This document shows positions 1 to 10,414 of a stretch of DNA of 64,000 bases, in pieces. A model generated the notes under the pieces. That model saw nothing but the letters and a program-made list of their open reading frames with translations. It ran no database searches and was not told where the DNA came from. Every line of letters begins with the position of its first letter. The stretch's first letter is position 1. A program made the translations under genes and the position numbers. The DNA comes from Mobula hypostoma (taxonomy: Eukaryota), in contig NC_086097.1 in NCBI RefSeq assembly GCF_963921235.1, positions 177,384,001 to 177,448,000 on the forward strand, read 5' to 3'.

Positions 1-515
1 GGGAATGGAGGGAGAGTGAAGGAGAAGGTGGAAGGTATGGATTTGATTTTGGGCAGTGGAAGGAGAGGGGGAACAGAGGGACGGAAAGGGGGAAGGTGGA
101 GTAGCCGACATCAGAGGGTGTTGGATGGCGAGGGCTTCGGAGAAAGGGTAAGGGGGTGGAAGTAGGGGAGGGAAGAGTGAAGGGTGAGGTTGGACAGGGG
201 AGGGCAGGATGGAAAGGATTATCGGAGAACGAAAGGGGGATTTTGGCTGGGTACCTGGATAGCGGTGGGAGAACTGGGGAGGAGTTACCAGCGGAGGGGT
301 GAAGGGGTGTGATGTGGTGGGAGTGGCAAGGGATGGAGGGGGGGAGGGGCAGGAACAGAAACAATGAAAGAGGGTAGTCAGGTGGGAATGTGGAGGGAGG
401 GCGAGGTAGCAGCAGGTAAGGGTTCACATTACTTAATTGGGGTAGGGCGTGATAGGGGCAGGGACAGAATGGGATGGGAATGGGTGGGAGGTGCGTTGTA
501 GGGGTGGGAATTAGT
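1..515 (+). repeat. G/A-rich low-complexity tract upstream of the promoter
   Basis: Almost entirely GGA/GGG/GAG words with many G3+ runs. Confidence 0.8.
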
Positions 516-970
516 GGGAGGGGCGTAGCTCCGCCTCTTGCGCCGCAGCCGAGCGGGGCTTGGGCACTCATTGAGTGAGAGCCGCTGGGAGCCGGAGCGC
601 CGTTACTTTGTATCCAGCCGGAGCCAAGTGGCACTTTGTATCCAGTCATATCCCACTGATACTTTGTATTCGCCGCCGGGCTCCATTCTGTCTCCGTATC
701 AGCATCGCTCTCTACATCGCTCCCTCTCCGCTCTCCCCTTTCCTCTCTCCGCCTCGCGGGCGGCGGGTCAGAGCCGGACAGCGACAGGGGGTGGGGGGCA
801 ACCCCCGGAGCCCAGGAGTTCGAGGCCGGGTCAGAGGGAGAGAAGAGGCCCGAGTGGAGCGGAGCCGCCCCGCGGCCATGGTTCGCACAGAAGCGGCGGT
901 GCTGCTGGCGGCTGTACTGTGGGTAAGTAGCACCTTCCCCGGCGCAGGTGCCTCGGAGCGGGGCGACTGA
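430..970 (+). promoter_or_regulatory. CpG island / GC-box promoter and 5' UTR of the host gene
   Basis: Dense CpG/GC from ~520 to 970 against a CpG-poor background. Sp/KLF-like GGGCGTG (~445), GGGGCGT and CTCCGCCT (~519-537). No TATA box seen. Contains a Kozak ATG and a strong splice donor. Confidence 0.75.
878..922 (+). CDS. First coding exon (15 codons, MVRTEAAVLLAAVLW) of an unidentified secreted or membrane protein; phase-0 intron follows
   Basis: GCGGCC-ATG-G is an optimal Kozak context. The peptide is basic N-terminus plus a hydrophobic stretch, like a signal peptide. TGG|GTAAGT consensus donor at 923-928. Lies in the CpG island; the unspliced frame stops at 970. Confidence 0.7.
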
Positions 971-1320
971 AGACAAGGAGGCGGGAGGGGTCTGATGGAA
1001 GGGGGGGGAGAAGAGAGATAAAAAGAGTGATGGTGACTTGGGAGGGGAGAGGGTGGCAAGATCTGGATGGGGAGAGGAAGGGAAGGGGCGAGAGAACGAT
1101 GGACGGAGAGTAGGAGAAAGGGTGGAGAGGGAGGGAAGGGGTGAGAGGATAAGGGTGAGTGGGGAGAGGGAAGAGGAAGATGAGGGCAGAGGAAAGAGAA
1201 AGGAGAGGGGGATTGGGAAGGGACGAAGGAGGGGATGGATAAGGAACGAAGGATTGGACGAAGAGTGGAGAGACAAAGTGAGGGTGGGACATTCCCCAGT
1301 AGGTGAGGGAGACAAGTTAC
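970..1320 (+). repeat. G/A-rich low-complexity tract at the start of intron 1
   Basis: Polypurine GGA/GAG tract; source of the Pro/Ser/Leu-rich spurious minus-strand ORFs. Confidence 0.8.
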
Positions 1321-2874
1321 CAAGATACTGAGACAGAAACGGGGACAATCACTGAGTCGGGCGGAGGGTTTAACTGAGCACTGACCGAGAGAGTGAGACG
1401 GGAAGACTTCAACTGAGAGTAGAAGCAGGGTCTTGGGACACTGTCGAGGGAGGGATCGATCCCTAGCGCGCAGAGACAACAGCCGTGTTTTGTTTCCAGA
1501 GGGGATTAAAAGGACACATCTCCCGCGCCCCTTTTATTCCCCGTGTACCATCTGTATGTATAGTCCCACGATTTGCAGTTCGCTTTTTGCAAATCTTGGG
1601 ATTGTAAAGATATATAAATCTCAAGATTTGCACATCTCTTGTGTAAAGGAGAGGACTCACTTAAAGTTTCCGAAAAATGCACAATGTTCCGTGAATCGAA
1701 AGGGCTAGATTGCATAAAGACCTCACAGTCTTTCGTTTTTTTTGAGGGGGGGGGAGACACTTTGCACATTGAGAGACGGCGCAGTGTGAACGGATTTACG
1801 GCCCTGCATCGTCCCTGATTGCCAGCACCTTGCTTAAACCTCGGCGCTGGCTTTTCGCTGCATTAAACCTTCTAATGCAGTACAGTCTCATTTTCCAGCA
1901 GGTGACCCTGGAGGCGTCTAGAATATACATTTTTGGCGATTTGTACCCTGTCCCTACTGCGGCCCGCTCCCTTGGTTCTTAGCATGTTAGGAAGAAGCAG
2001 TTTTAGAAAACAATGAAGAGCGAGGGGGGAAAGGATTGCATCTGTGAATGGCTTTCCCGTTAACTGCACATTTAGGTCGATTTGAATTACAACAGGCTTT
2101 ATGGCTGTATTTTTTTTTGCATTGGGTTTGGATAAAGACCAGTACAACAGAGACTGGTTTAAAATGCAACAAAATAACAGTGGAGGGCGGAGTTCGGATG
2201 AAAAATACTAGAACTTTGCTCGCATTAATGCGTAACGTTCTTTCTACGACTGACCTCTAGAAACCTGAAGTGGAGTTTGGAAGGAAAATTTAAAAACGTG
2301 TTTATAGAACGCCGGCATTCGCATTTGATGTCAGGTTTTTGTTTTGATAATGCATTGCACATGGTGGTTGTTGTGTCTATGTTTTAATATTTTCAGTATG
2401 TTTATGAGGGATAGCTGTCTCTAAATGTTAGGTTGGGTGTGCATAAATTATACCGGGGATTAATAGGTTAAAGTTTGCTGTCAAGGATTAAATTACCATT
2501 GATCCAGGGATTGGCAAGGTGCATTTAAAATATAGCAATTCAGTCTCTCCTCTCCTCTTTGCTCCCCCCCCCCACCCCACCAATCTAACAGTATCCACAC
2601 CAGTTGTAACTAATTTTTCAAATCGAGTTTTCTTTTAAGAAAGCATTATAAATCAGTCGAGTTTGTCAGCAAATTGTATGGCAGGGAAATTGCCCTGGTA
2701 TTGGAATCTGTAATCACCCCGTTGCCCAACGCTTGTCCCTGATCCTTAAGCAATTCAAGTTTTCAACGACACATTTTAAAATCTTGTCTGTGATTCTCTC
2801 TCAGTTTGCCACTCTCTGGGTGAAGAAGGTACCCTCTGGATTTCTTCCCACTTACCATGAACCTATATCATTCA

Positions 2875-2965
2875 CACAGCATGCTGAAAATGTTCAGCGG
2901 TCAGGCAGCATCTGTGTGAAAAGAAACGAGTTAACGTTTCAAGCTGAATACCTTTCATCAAAATT
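2875..2965 (-). mobile_element. Old Penelope-like terminal-repeat fragment with a degenerate hammerhead motif
   Basis: Plus strand has TCAGGCAGCATCTG (shared with the family). Minus strand 2965-2929 reads AATT-TTGATGA-AAGGTATTCAGCTT-GAAAC-GTT-AACT. Confidence 0.55.
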
Positions 2966-3074
2966 GGGTGCATTTCCAGCCAAATGAAGATTTTTTAAAT
3001 AAATTGTTAAGTTTGTTGTCTAACGCAGATTGCATGAGACAGACTTTGCTTGGATTTGAATATTACAGCTGTAA

Positions 3075-3465
3075 ATTAGGCCCTTCAGCCCCACTGGTCC
3101 ATGCCAACCAAGTTTTTGGTCTGATTCCCCTGTTTTTGGCCCACATCTCCCAAACCTTTCCTATCCGTGTACCTGTCAAAATCTTTAAGATGTTGGAATT
3201 GTACCCAACTAGCTTCCTCTGGCAGCTTGTTCCATGTACTGTATTTTGTCTGTACAAAATAGCTTGCCCAATAAATCTTTCTGCTCTCATCTTGAATCAC
3301 TGTTCTCTGTTCTTCACCCTGGGAAAAGTACTGTGACCACCCACCTTAACTGTGACCTTCAGGATTTATACAGTACTAGGTCACTCAGACTCCTAAATTC
3401 CAGCCTATCCATTCCTCCTTATGATCAGGAGCCCAGCCCCAGTAACATCCTTGTGAATCTTTCCT
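3075..3465 (-). mobile_element. Degenerate CR1 LINE 3' fragment
   Basis: GGCCCTTCAGCCC...CCATGCC 3'-UTR signature followed by antisense ORF2 C-terminus, as in 6949-7485. Confidence 0.6.
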
Positions 3466-4299
3466 AAACAATCAATTTTCTTATCACTGATGTATGTCAT
3501 GAAATTTGTTGTTTTGCACCAGTGGTACTTGCAAGACTTTAAAAAAACTAAATTAGAAACATAAATATTGCAAGACATTAATAATAAGATGACCATAGAC
3601 CATTCAGAAACCAGAACTCCAGGAATCTTGTGGCTGATGAGTACTCAAATATCAAGAATGCTGCAAGGCAATAAATTTCACAACGTGTCAGTGGTAATAA
3701 TTCTGATTCTGAATGTATTGGGCTGTGAAAGCTACTCTTGCATCATTTAAATTATTCTCTCCTAGCCTGTAACTCTTTTACTTACCCTCTCCCCTATTAT
3801 AATTCACTGACAAAGTTGTCTTCATGTTTATCACCCTTAAATTGTTTTAATCTACATAAATATCTCAGTGTGTATTAAGATAAATTTTAACATTGGCTGG
3901 AAGTTTAAACAATGCAAAGTTTTAACGCATTCTTATCAGTTGGTCAGTTAATAGGTCCACTGAAAATCTCTCTTAGTAGAATCCAGCAGGAATCGATGGG
4001 AATGTGGGGAGCATTTAAAAAAAATGCGATTTAAAAGGATTATTGGTAAATGGGTGATGATGGTTGAGCTGGATTTGGTGAATTGAAGGGGCTTGCTGCC
4101 ATACTGTATTTCTTTGGTGCAAATACGATGGGAGAGTGATGCAGCTTGTGTTAAGCCACTGACTCATAGCACATAGTCCCATTTGATGACATCCGGTCTA
4201 CTGCCTGACAGCACCAGAAACCGAAGTTTAGAATCAGATTTATGATCACTGATATGTGTCATGAAATTAGTTTCACCATGTCAGTGATGACAAATTATG

Positions 4300-4505
4300 A
4301 CCTCTGCTGCTGTCTGTGTGGAATTTGCATGTTCTCCCTGTGACTAGGTGCCCCACATCCCAAAGAAGAATGTGTTGGTAGGTGAACTGGCCATGGTAAA
4401 ATTGCCTTACTGTATGAGTGATGGTAGAGTCTGGGCAAAATGGCAGATATGTAGGGAGATTAAAAGCGATTGATGCAGCCTCAACGGGCTGAGGGGCCTT
4501 TTCTA
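4300..4505 (+). mobile_element. V-SINE (HE1-like) fragment
   Basis: CTGTCTGTGTGGAATTTGCATGTTCTCCCTGTGAC...CCCACATCCCAAAGA matches the V-SINE central domain; CR1-like tail GGGCTGAGGGGCCTT. Confidence 0.6.
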
Positions 4506-4979
4506 TATGTCTTGTGTCTCGAATACTGTTGATGGAAGCTAGCTCGACAGTTAATTCTAAAAATTGTTTTGACGTCTTCTGAAAGGAAGAACAAATCTCA
4601 GTTGTATTCTGTATAATGCTTTGATAATAAATGTACTTAGAATTTTTAAAAGGGGGGTACCTTTGTAAAGGAAAAGTGGGGAATTGTTTGGAAATGATGG
4701 GCCAGATGATTTACTTGATGAGCCCGAATAGACTGAGGCCACTTTGTATGCAATAATTATGAAGATGTACTGCACAGAAATGGGCCCTTCAGCTCAATGT
4801 CACGTTGCAACCTAAGACAATAAACTCACCCTTGACTCAAGCTATCGTGATAGGATTGCAAGGTGTTCAGTTATATTACAAGAGAATGGCAGGAAGAACA
4901 TTATTGCAACACTAAATCCAGTAAGAAAAAATACTTCACAAACATTTTATAGTGAATTTCTCCAATGTTGGTCCTCTGG

Positions 4980-5270
4980 AGAATCAAGGGAGGCATAGGT
5001 TTCAGGTGAGGAGGGAGAAATTTAATAGGAACCTGAAGTGTAACTTTGCTACTCAGGCTGGGGCATACATAGATTGAGCTACCAAAGGAAGTGGTTGAAG
5101 CAAATACATTAACAGCATTTAAAAGGTACTTTGACAGGTACATAGATAGGAAAGGTTCCAAGGGAAATGAGCCGAGTATGTGCAAACAGGGCTAGCTTTA
5201 GGCATTTTAGTTGGTATGGACCAGTTGAACTGAAGGGCCTGTTTCCCTGCTGGATGATGCAATTCTAACC
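4980..5270 (+). mobile_element. Degenerate CR1 3' end
   Basis: GGCATAGGTTTCAGGTGAGG...AAATTTAA... ending GAAGGGCCTGTTTCCCTGCTG; colinear with 13300-13550. Confidence 0.65.
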
Positions 5271-5689
5271 CTTGATGTCCTTCTACGTAGGCAATATGGG
5301 ATGGACCCCCTCCTCTGCTTGTTGATGTAAAACTCTGATTTAGACCAGAGGGAGCTGCATCAGATAATTCCAATTTAAAAATCACATTTTATCCTCTCTT
5401 TTTACCGTCCCAAAGATAACAGTGGAGGCAGATGGAATCTCGCTGTGCATGTCTGGATTTACAGAAGATACATACCACGCAGTGGTGTCAAGAGACATTC
5501 AGAAAGGACAACTGCTCTTAAATGGTAATTCATGTTTTCAGTATCACTTCCTTTGCAAAAGATCGTTGGATGTTTGTGTTGGGCGGAGGAGAACTGGTTT
5601 GATGTACTGTCCCTCTGAGCTTCGCATAAGAGAGTGAAAGAGCAAAGAGAATGCAAATATTGCTCTTGGAAAATTCATCCACATTTTGT

Positions 5690-6361
5690 TTTGCTAACGG
5701 TTGGATGTGAAGAAATACTTTGTGCTGGCTGTTTGTCATTTGGTAATTGACATTATTTTAAGCAACTGAAGGCTTAACTTCTGACTTTAAGGGCCTAAAT
5801 TGCTGGTGTTTAATTCTGCATCTGAGTTTGATGCTGTCTTGCAAACCTGAAATGGCTTTTTGGGTTTTCAGACTTCCTTGGAGAACACTGAATTGGTGAG
5901 GCTCCTTGTCAGTGTGAAGTCGTGTGTTATTGGGAAAGTAGTTGATATTAAAGAGTAGAGCAATATGTTTGTGGATATCAACTCTGTTTTATCGGATATG
6001 AAGTCTTTCAGATCTCTGAAGCTGTTTGCTAACGGTTGGATGTGAAGAAATACTTTGTGCTGGCTGTTTGTCATTTGGTAATTGACATTATTTTAAGCAA
6101 CTGAAGGCTTAACTTCTGACTTTAAGGGCCTAAATTGCTGGTGTTTAATTCTGCATCTGAGTTTGATGCTGTCTTGCAAACCTGAAATGGCTTTTTGGGT
6201 TTTCAGACTTCCTTGGAGAACACTGAATTGGTGAGGCTCCTTGTCAGTGTGAAGTCGTGTGTTATTGGGAAAGTAGTTGATATTAAAGAGTAGAGCAATA
6301 TGTTTGTGGATATCAACTCTGTTTTATCGGATATGAAGTCTTTCAGATCTCTGAAGCTGTT
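5690..6361. repeat. Exact tandem duplication, 335-bp unit, two copies
   Basis: 5690-6026 matches 6025-6361 with no mismatch seen; TT overlap at the junction. Confidence 0.95.
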
Positions 6362-6439
6362 GGGGAGAATGGTATCCCTGAACGTCATTGGCAGGGTTGG
6401 CTAAGTAACTGTTTTGAGGTTCCTGGGAGAAGTATATAG

Positions 6440-6932
6440 TATTGGTCTATTATTGTCACATGCTGAGATACAGTGGAAAGCCACACTTTCCTGGTAGATT
6501 GAGTCCTACGTAATTTTATTGAGATGATAAAAATAAAACTGCGGAATGTAGTGAAGCAGCTACAGAGAAGTTGCAGTGCAGGCGTATCAGGTTGATGGGG
6601 AATGGTAAAATTGGGTGATCAAGAATTCATTCTTAGCATTATGAGGTCCGTCCAAGAGTCTGATAACAGTGGGATAGAAGTTGTTGAAATTGATGTGCTT
6701 TTGAACTTTTGTATCTTTCATCTGACAGGAGCAGTGGGGGTGGAGAAGAAAGAATGTGCAGGATGGAGGGGGTCCTTGATAATGCTGGCTGCTTTCCCAA
6801 GGCAGCAGAAAGTGTAGAAGTGGCTGCTAAGTTTACCAGTCTGCATCATCTTGCGGTGCCGGGCAGAGTGGGTACCATACCAAGTTGTGATGCTTCCTAT
6901 AGTGTATCTGTAAAAATTGGTGAGGGTCATTG
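6440..6932 (-). mobile_element. Rex1/Babar-like LINE 3' fragment
   Basis: Minus ORF 6718-6930 (LTNFYRYTIGSITTWYG...AASIIKDPLHPAH) is the typical C-terminus of this LINE group, followed by its 3' UTR. Confidence 0.7.
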
Positions 6933-6948
6933 GGTTGTACTAATTTAA

Positions 6949-7485
6949 CCATATATAACAATCACAGCACGGAAACAGGCCATCTCGACCCTTCTAGTCC
7001 AGGCCGATCTCTTACTCTCACCTAGTCCCACCGACCTGCACTCAGCCCATAATCCTCCATTCCTTTCCTGTCCATATATCTATCCAATTTAACTTTAAAT
7101 GACAACATCGAACCTGCCTTAGCCACTTCCGCTGGAAGCTCGTTCCACACAGCTACCACTCTCTGAGTAAAGAAGTTCCCCCTCATGTTACCCCTAAACT
7201 TTTGCCCTTTAACTCTCAACTTGTGTCCTCTTGTTTGAATCTCCCCTACTGTCAATGGAAAAAGCCTATCCACGTCAACTCTATCCCCCTCATAATTTTA
7301 AATACCTCTATCAAGTGCCCCCCCCCCAACCTTCTGCACTCCAAAGAATGAAGACCCAACTTGTTCAACCTTTCTCTGTAACTTAGGAGATGAAACACAG
7401 GCAATATTCTAGTAAATCTCCTCTGTACTCTCTCAATTTTATTGACATCTTTCCTATAATTCGGTGACCAGAACTGTACACAATG
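6949..7485 (-). mobile_element. Relatively young CR1 LINE 3' fragment
   Basis: ORF 7022-7273 (TRGHKLRVKGQKFRGNMRGNFFTQRVVAVWNELP) is the CR1 ORF2 C-terminus; the 3' UTR (GGCCTGTTTCCGTGCTG) is intact. Confidence 0.9.
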
Positions 7486-8454
7486 TGTGCCTTATTGCTA
7501 ACCTGGAGTGCCTTTTTGGATCTTCAGACCATCTTGGGGAACACTGAACTGATGAGTCCTTATTACTTTGAAGTACTAAGATGTGATTGAGAGAAGTTGA
7601 TTATCGAAGTGTAAGGCAGTGATGACAAAGTTATACAATATGGAAACACACTTCAGCCCAACTGCTCCATGCTGACCTAGATGCCCATTCAAGCTTGTCC
7701 CATTTACTGATGCTTAGCCCATAACATTCTAGATCTTTCCAATCTTATGTACCTTGTCCAACTGTCTTTTAAATTGTTTGCCTACCTCAAATGGCAGCTC
7801 ATTTAACATTAATACCACTTTTAAAAACATTTCCTCTCCAGTTAATCTATTTTCTCTCAGTTTAAACCTACGCTGTCTAGTTCTTGACTCCTCAACCCTG
7901 AGAAAAGGTATATCGCCTTCTTTTCAAATGGACTCCTTCAATCTTCCAGTTGCTTGATGTATTGAGACGGGGTTTCCAGAAATTGGTGGCAGGGTTGGAT
8001 CTGGTTCAGTGCGATGAGTGGTGACATGGATTCCTGTTGTGAGGGTGACTGGAGTGGCTGGGGTTTTGGAGTAGGTGTGGTTCAGGAAAAACTTTGAGTT
8101 AAGTATTTTGAATGGTTTTGAAAATGTGAGAAACACTAGCTGAAGAATGGGTAACTAAAACAGGTTAATTCTGATTCAACCTGAAGCATCAACAAATCCT
8201 TTCCCCTCTCACTGTGCCTGCCCTCTACAGACATTGCTTCACCACTGAGCTCCGGCAGATTGTTGCTTCAGGTCCCAGCGTCTGACTCCAGGTTCAATGT
8301 GTCTTACCTAGGACTAATTGTTGAGTTCGCTGTCAGTGTGCACAGTTGAGGTATACATGGGTGCAATGAAAACTTGCAGTAGCATGAGAAGTACAGCATT
8401 AGAGTGTTAGGGGTGAGAGCAGAATTGATAGCTTCTCTACGAAAATGCCAGTTG

Positions 8455-8765
8455 GATCAATCAGAATCTGGTTCACTATCACTGACATTGTGAGATTTTG
8501 CAGCAGCTGTACATTAAAGAATTGCTATGTTGCAATGTGCAATATAAATAATGCTAAAGAGAGTAGAACAGTGAGTTCATGGGTTCAGAAATCTGATGGC
8601 AGAGGGGAAGAAGCTGATCCTAAAATGTTCTCTTCAGGCTCCTGTACCATCTTCCTGATGGCAGTAATGAGAAGAGGGCATGCCCTGGATGGTGAAGGTC
8701 CTTAATGATGCATGCTGCCTTCATGAGGCACTGCCTTTTGAAGATGTCCTTGATGGTGGGGAGTG
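8455..8765 (-). mobile_element. Rex1/Babar-like LINE 3' fragment
   Basis: ATCAGAATC...ATCACTGAC tail and CAGGCTCCTGTACC...CCTGATGG...GGATGGTGAAGGTCCTTAATGATG, shared with many copies in the window. Confidence 0.65.
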
Positions 8766-10414
8766 AATGTTTGAAGACAAAATTACTAGGTTTGAAGTTG
8801 AAGTCGAATTTGCAGCATTACAGGCACGTAGCATCAAAGATTAGCTGTTTGTCACACGTACATTGCAACAGACAGCGAAATCCATTGTTTGTGTCAATGT
8901 CCAACAAATTCCAAGTGTCACTGTGCTTCCCATAGCAACGTTGCTCACCCACAACCTACTAACCCATGCGTGTTAGGAATGTGGGAGGAAGCCCACTCGG
9001 TCGTGGGGAGAATGTGACATCTCCTTGCAGATTGGGAATTTTACTACAATTGGTGCCATAAGGCATTAAGCTAACTGCTGTGCTACCATGCTGCCCTCAT
9101 ACTGTACTCTGATAAGCAGCATTCACAAGAAAATTTTAATTACAGGGAAAGCAATTAGAATTTAAAATTGCAAAGTGGTCATTGTTTTGCTGTACAGAGT
9201 TAGCTATTAGGGTTGTGCCTGTTAGTTCAACAACCGAATGGTTGAAACGAAGTAGCTGTTCTTGAACTTGGTGGTGTGGGGCTTCTGTACCTCCTTTCCT
9301 GTGGTAGCCATGAGAAGATGACATGGTGTAGCTGGCTGGGATCTTTGGATGTTGTCTTGAGGGAGCACCAGCACAGTGGAACTAATTGGCTGCCTGCCAA
9401 AGAACCAGTACAGGTGCTGTAGAACCAAGTGATCACCTCCTGTGCTGCCTGATGCTATTGTTGGGCATAACGTCAGCAGCTCACTGAAGGAGGTTCTTGC
9501 CTTGCGTTTATTGACACAGAGCTCTAACCCACCATCTGTGAGGTGAATGGTGTGTAATTTCTCAATGGTTGATGATGAAAGAATGCTAAGCTACACTTGA
9601 GCAACTGGCTTGTCCATTATTCACCAGCAAGCCGCTCTGATTAAGGTGGAGACAGAAGAGACTGCAGCTGTTGGCGTCTAGAGCAACAAACTACACATTA
9701 TTTATGCCTCATTTATTTTATTTTACTTTTATTTAGAGATGCAGCACAATAACTGGCTCTTTCGTCCCAGTGAGCCTGTGCCTCATGTTATCAAGTAGCC
9801 TACTAACCTGTACCCCTTTGGAATCTGAGAGGAAACTGGAGCACCTAGAGGAAACGCATATGGTCACGAAGAACATACTAACTCCTTACAGTTAGCAGCT
9901 GTTATGCTAACTCCTCTGTGCTGCCCATCATTTTCAATTTCTTGCCCATTTTAATAAAATTAAGTGGAATCAGTAGGGTAGACAAACGAGAGAAAATCTG
10001 CAGGTGCTGGAAATCGAAGCCACTCTCACAAAATGCTGGGGGAATTCAGCAGGCCAGGCAGCATCTAGGGAAAAGAATATTGTCAACATTTCGGGCATCC
10101 TGCCAAAGGGTTTCGACCCTAAAATTTCCATAATTAGGTGCAAGATTTTTCCACAGCTATTGTAGGTGCCTAGAATGTCCTTCCAGGATGTTGTGGTGGC
10201 CTTTAAGAGGCTGTTAGACATATGAGTATATGGGAGTGGAGGGATATGGATCATGCACAAGCAGTAAAGATATGGTTTAATCATTATCATTTGATACAAC
10301 ATTGTGACCTGAAATGCCTCTTCCTGTGCTGCATTTTCAGACAATCTGCTGAAAGAACTCAGCATCTCTGGGAGGGGTATGATCCTGTATCCTACCAACA
10401 GACACACACATACT

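Noticed and set aside
605..669. CRISPR-like repeat-spacer array
   Set aside because: Repeats are 9-13 nt, there are only three, the locus is a vertebrate promoter, and no cas genes are present.
941..953. Alternative donor CAG|GTGCCT extending exon 1
   Set aside because: Much weaker than GTAAGT at 923; cannot be supported without transcripts.
878..970. Resemblance of MVRTEAAVLLAAVLW to the ephrin-A5 leader
   Set aside because: Ephrin-A exon 1 continues to a YAVYWN motif. Here the frame meets a strong donor and then a stop, with no such motif. No gene symbol assigned.
538..1479. Long ORFs 538-930, 575-970, 712-1479, 831-1292 and 1038-1331
   Set aside because: They result from GC-rich or purine-rich low complexity, mostly with non-ATG starts. 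Only the ATG-878 exon has Kozak and donor support.
4236..4300. Imperfect palindrome ATCACTGATATG...CATGTCAGTGAT
   Set aside because: Short and mismatched; explained by Rex-like tail fragments in opposite orientation.
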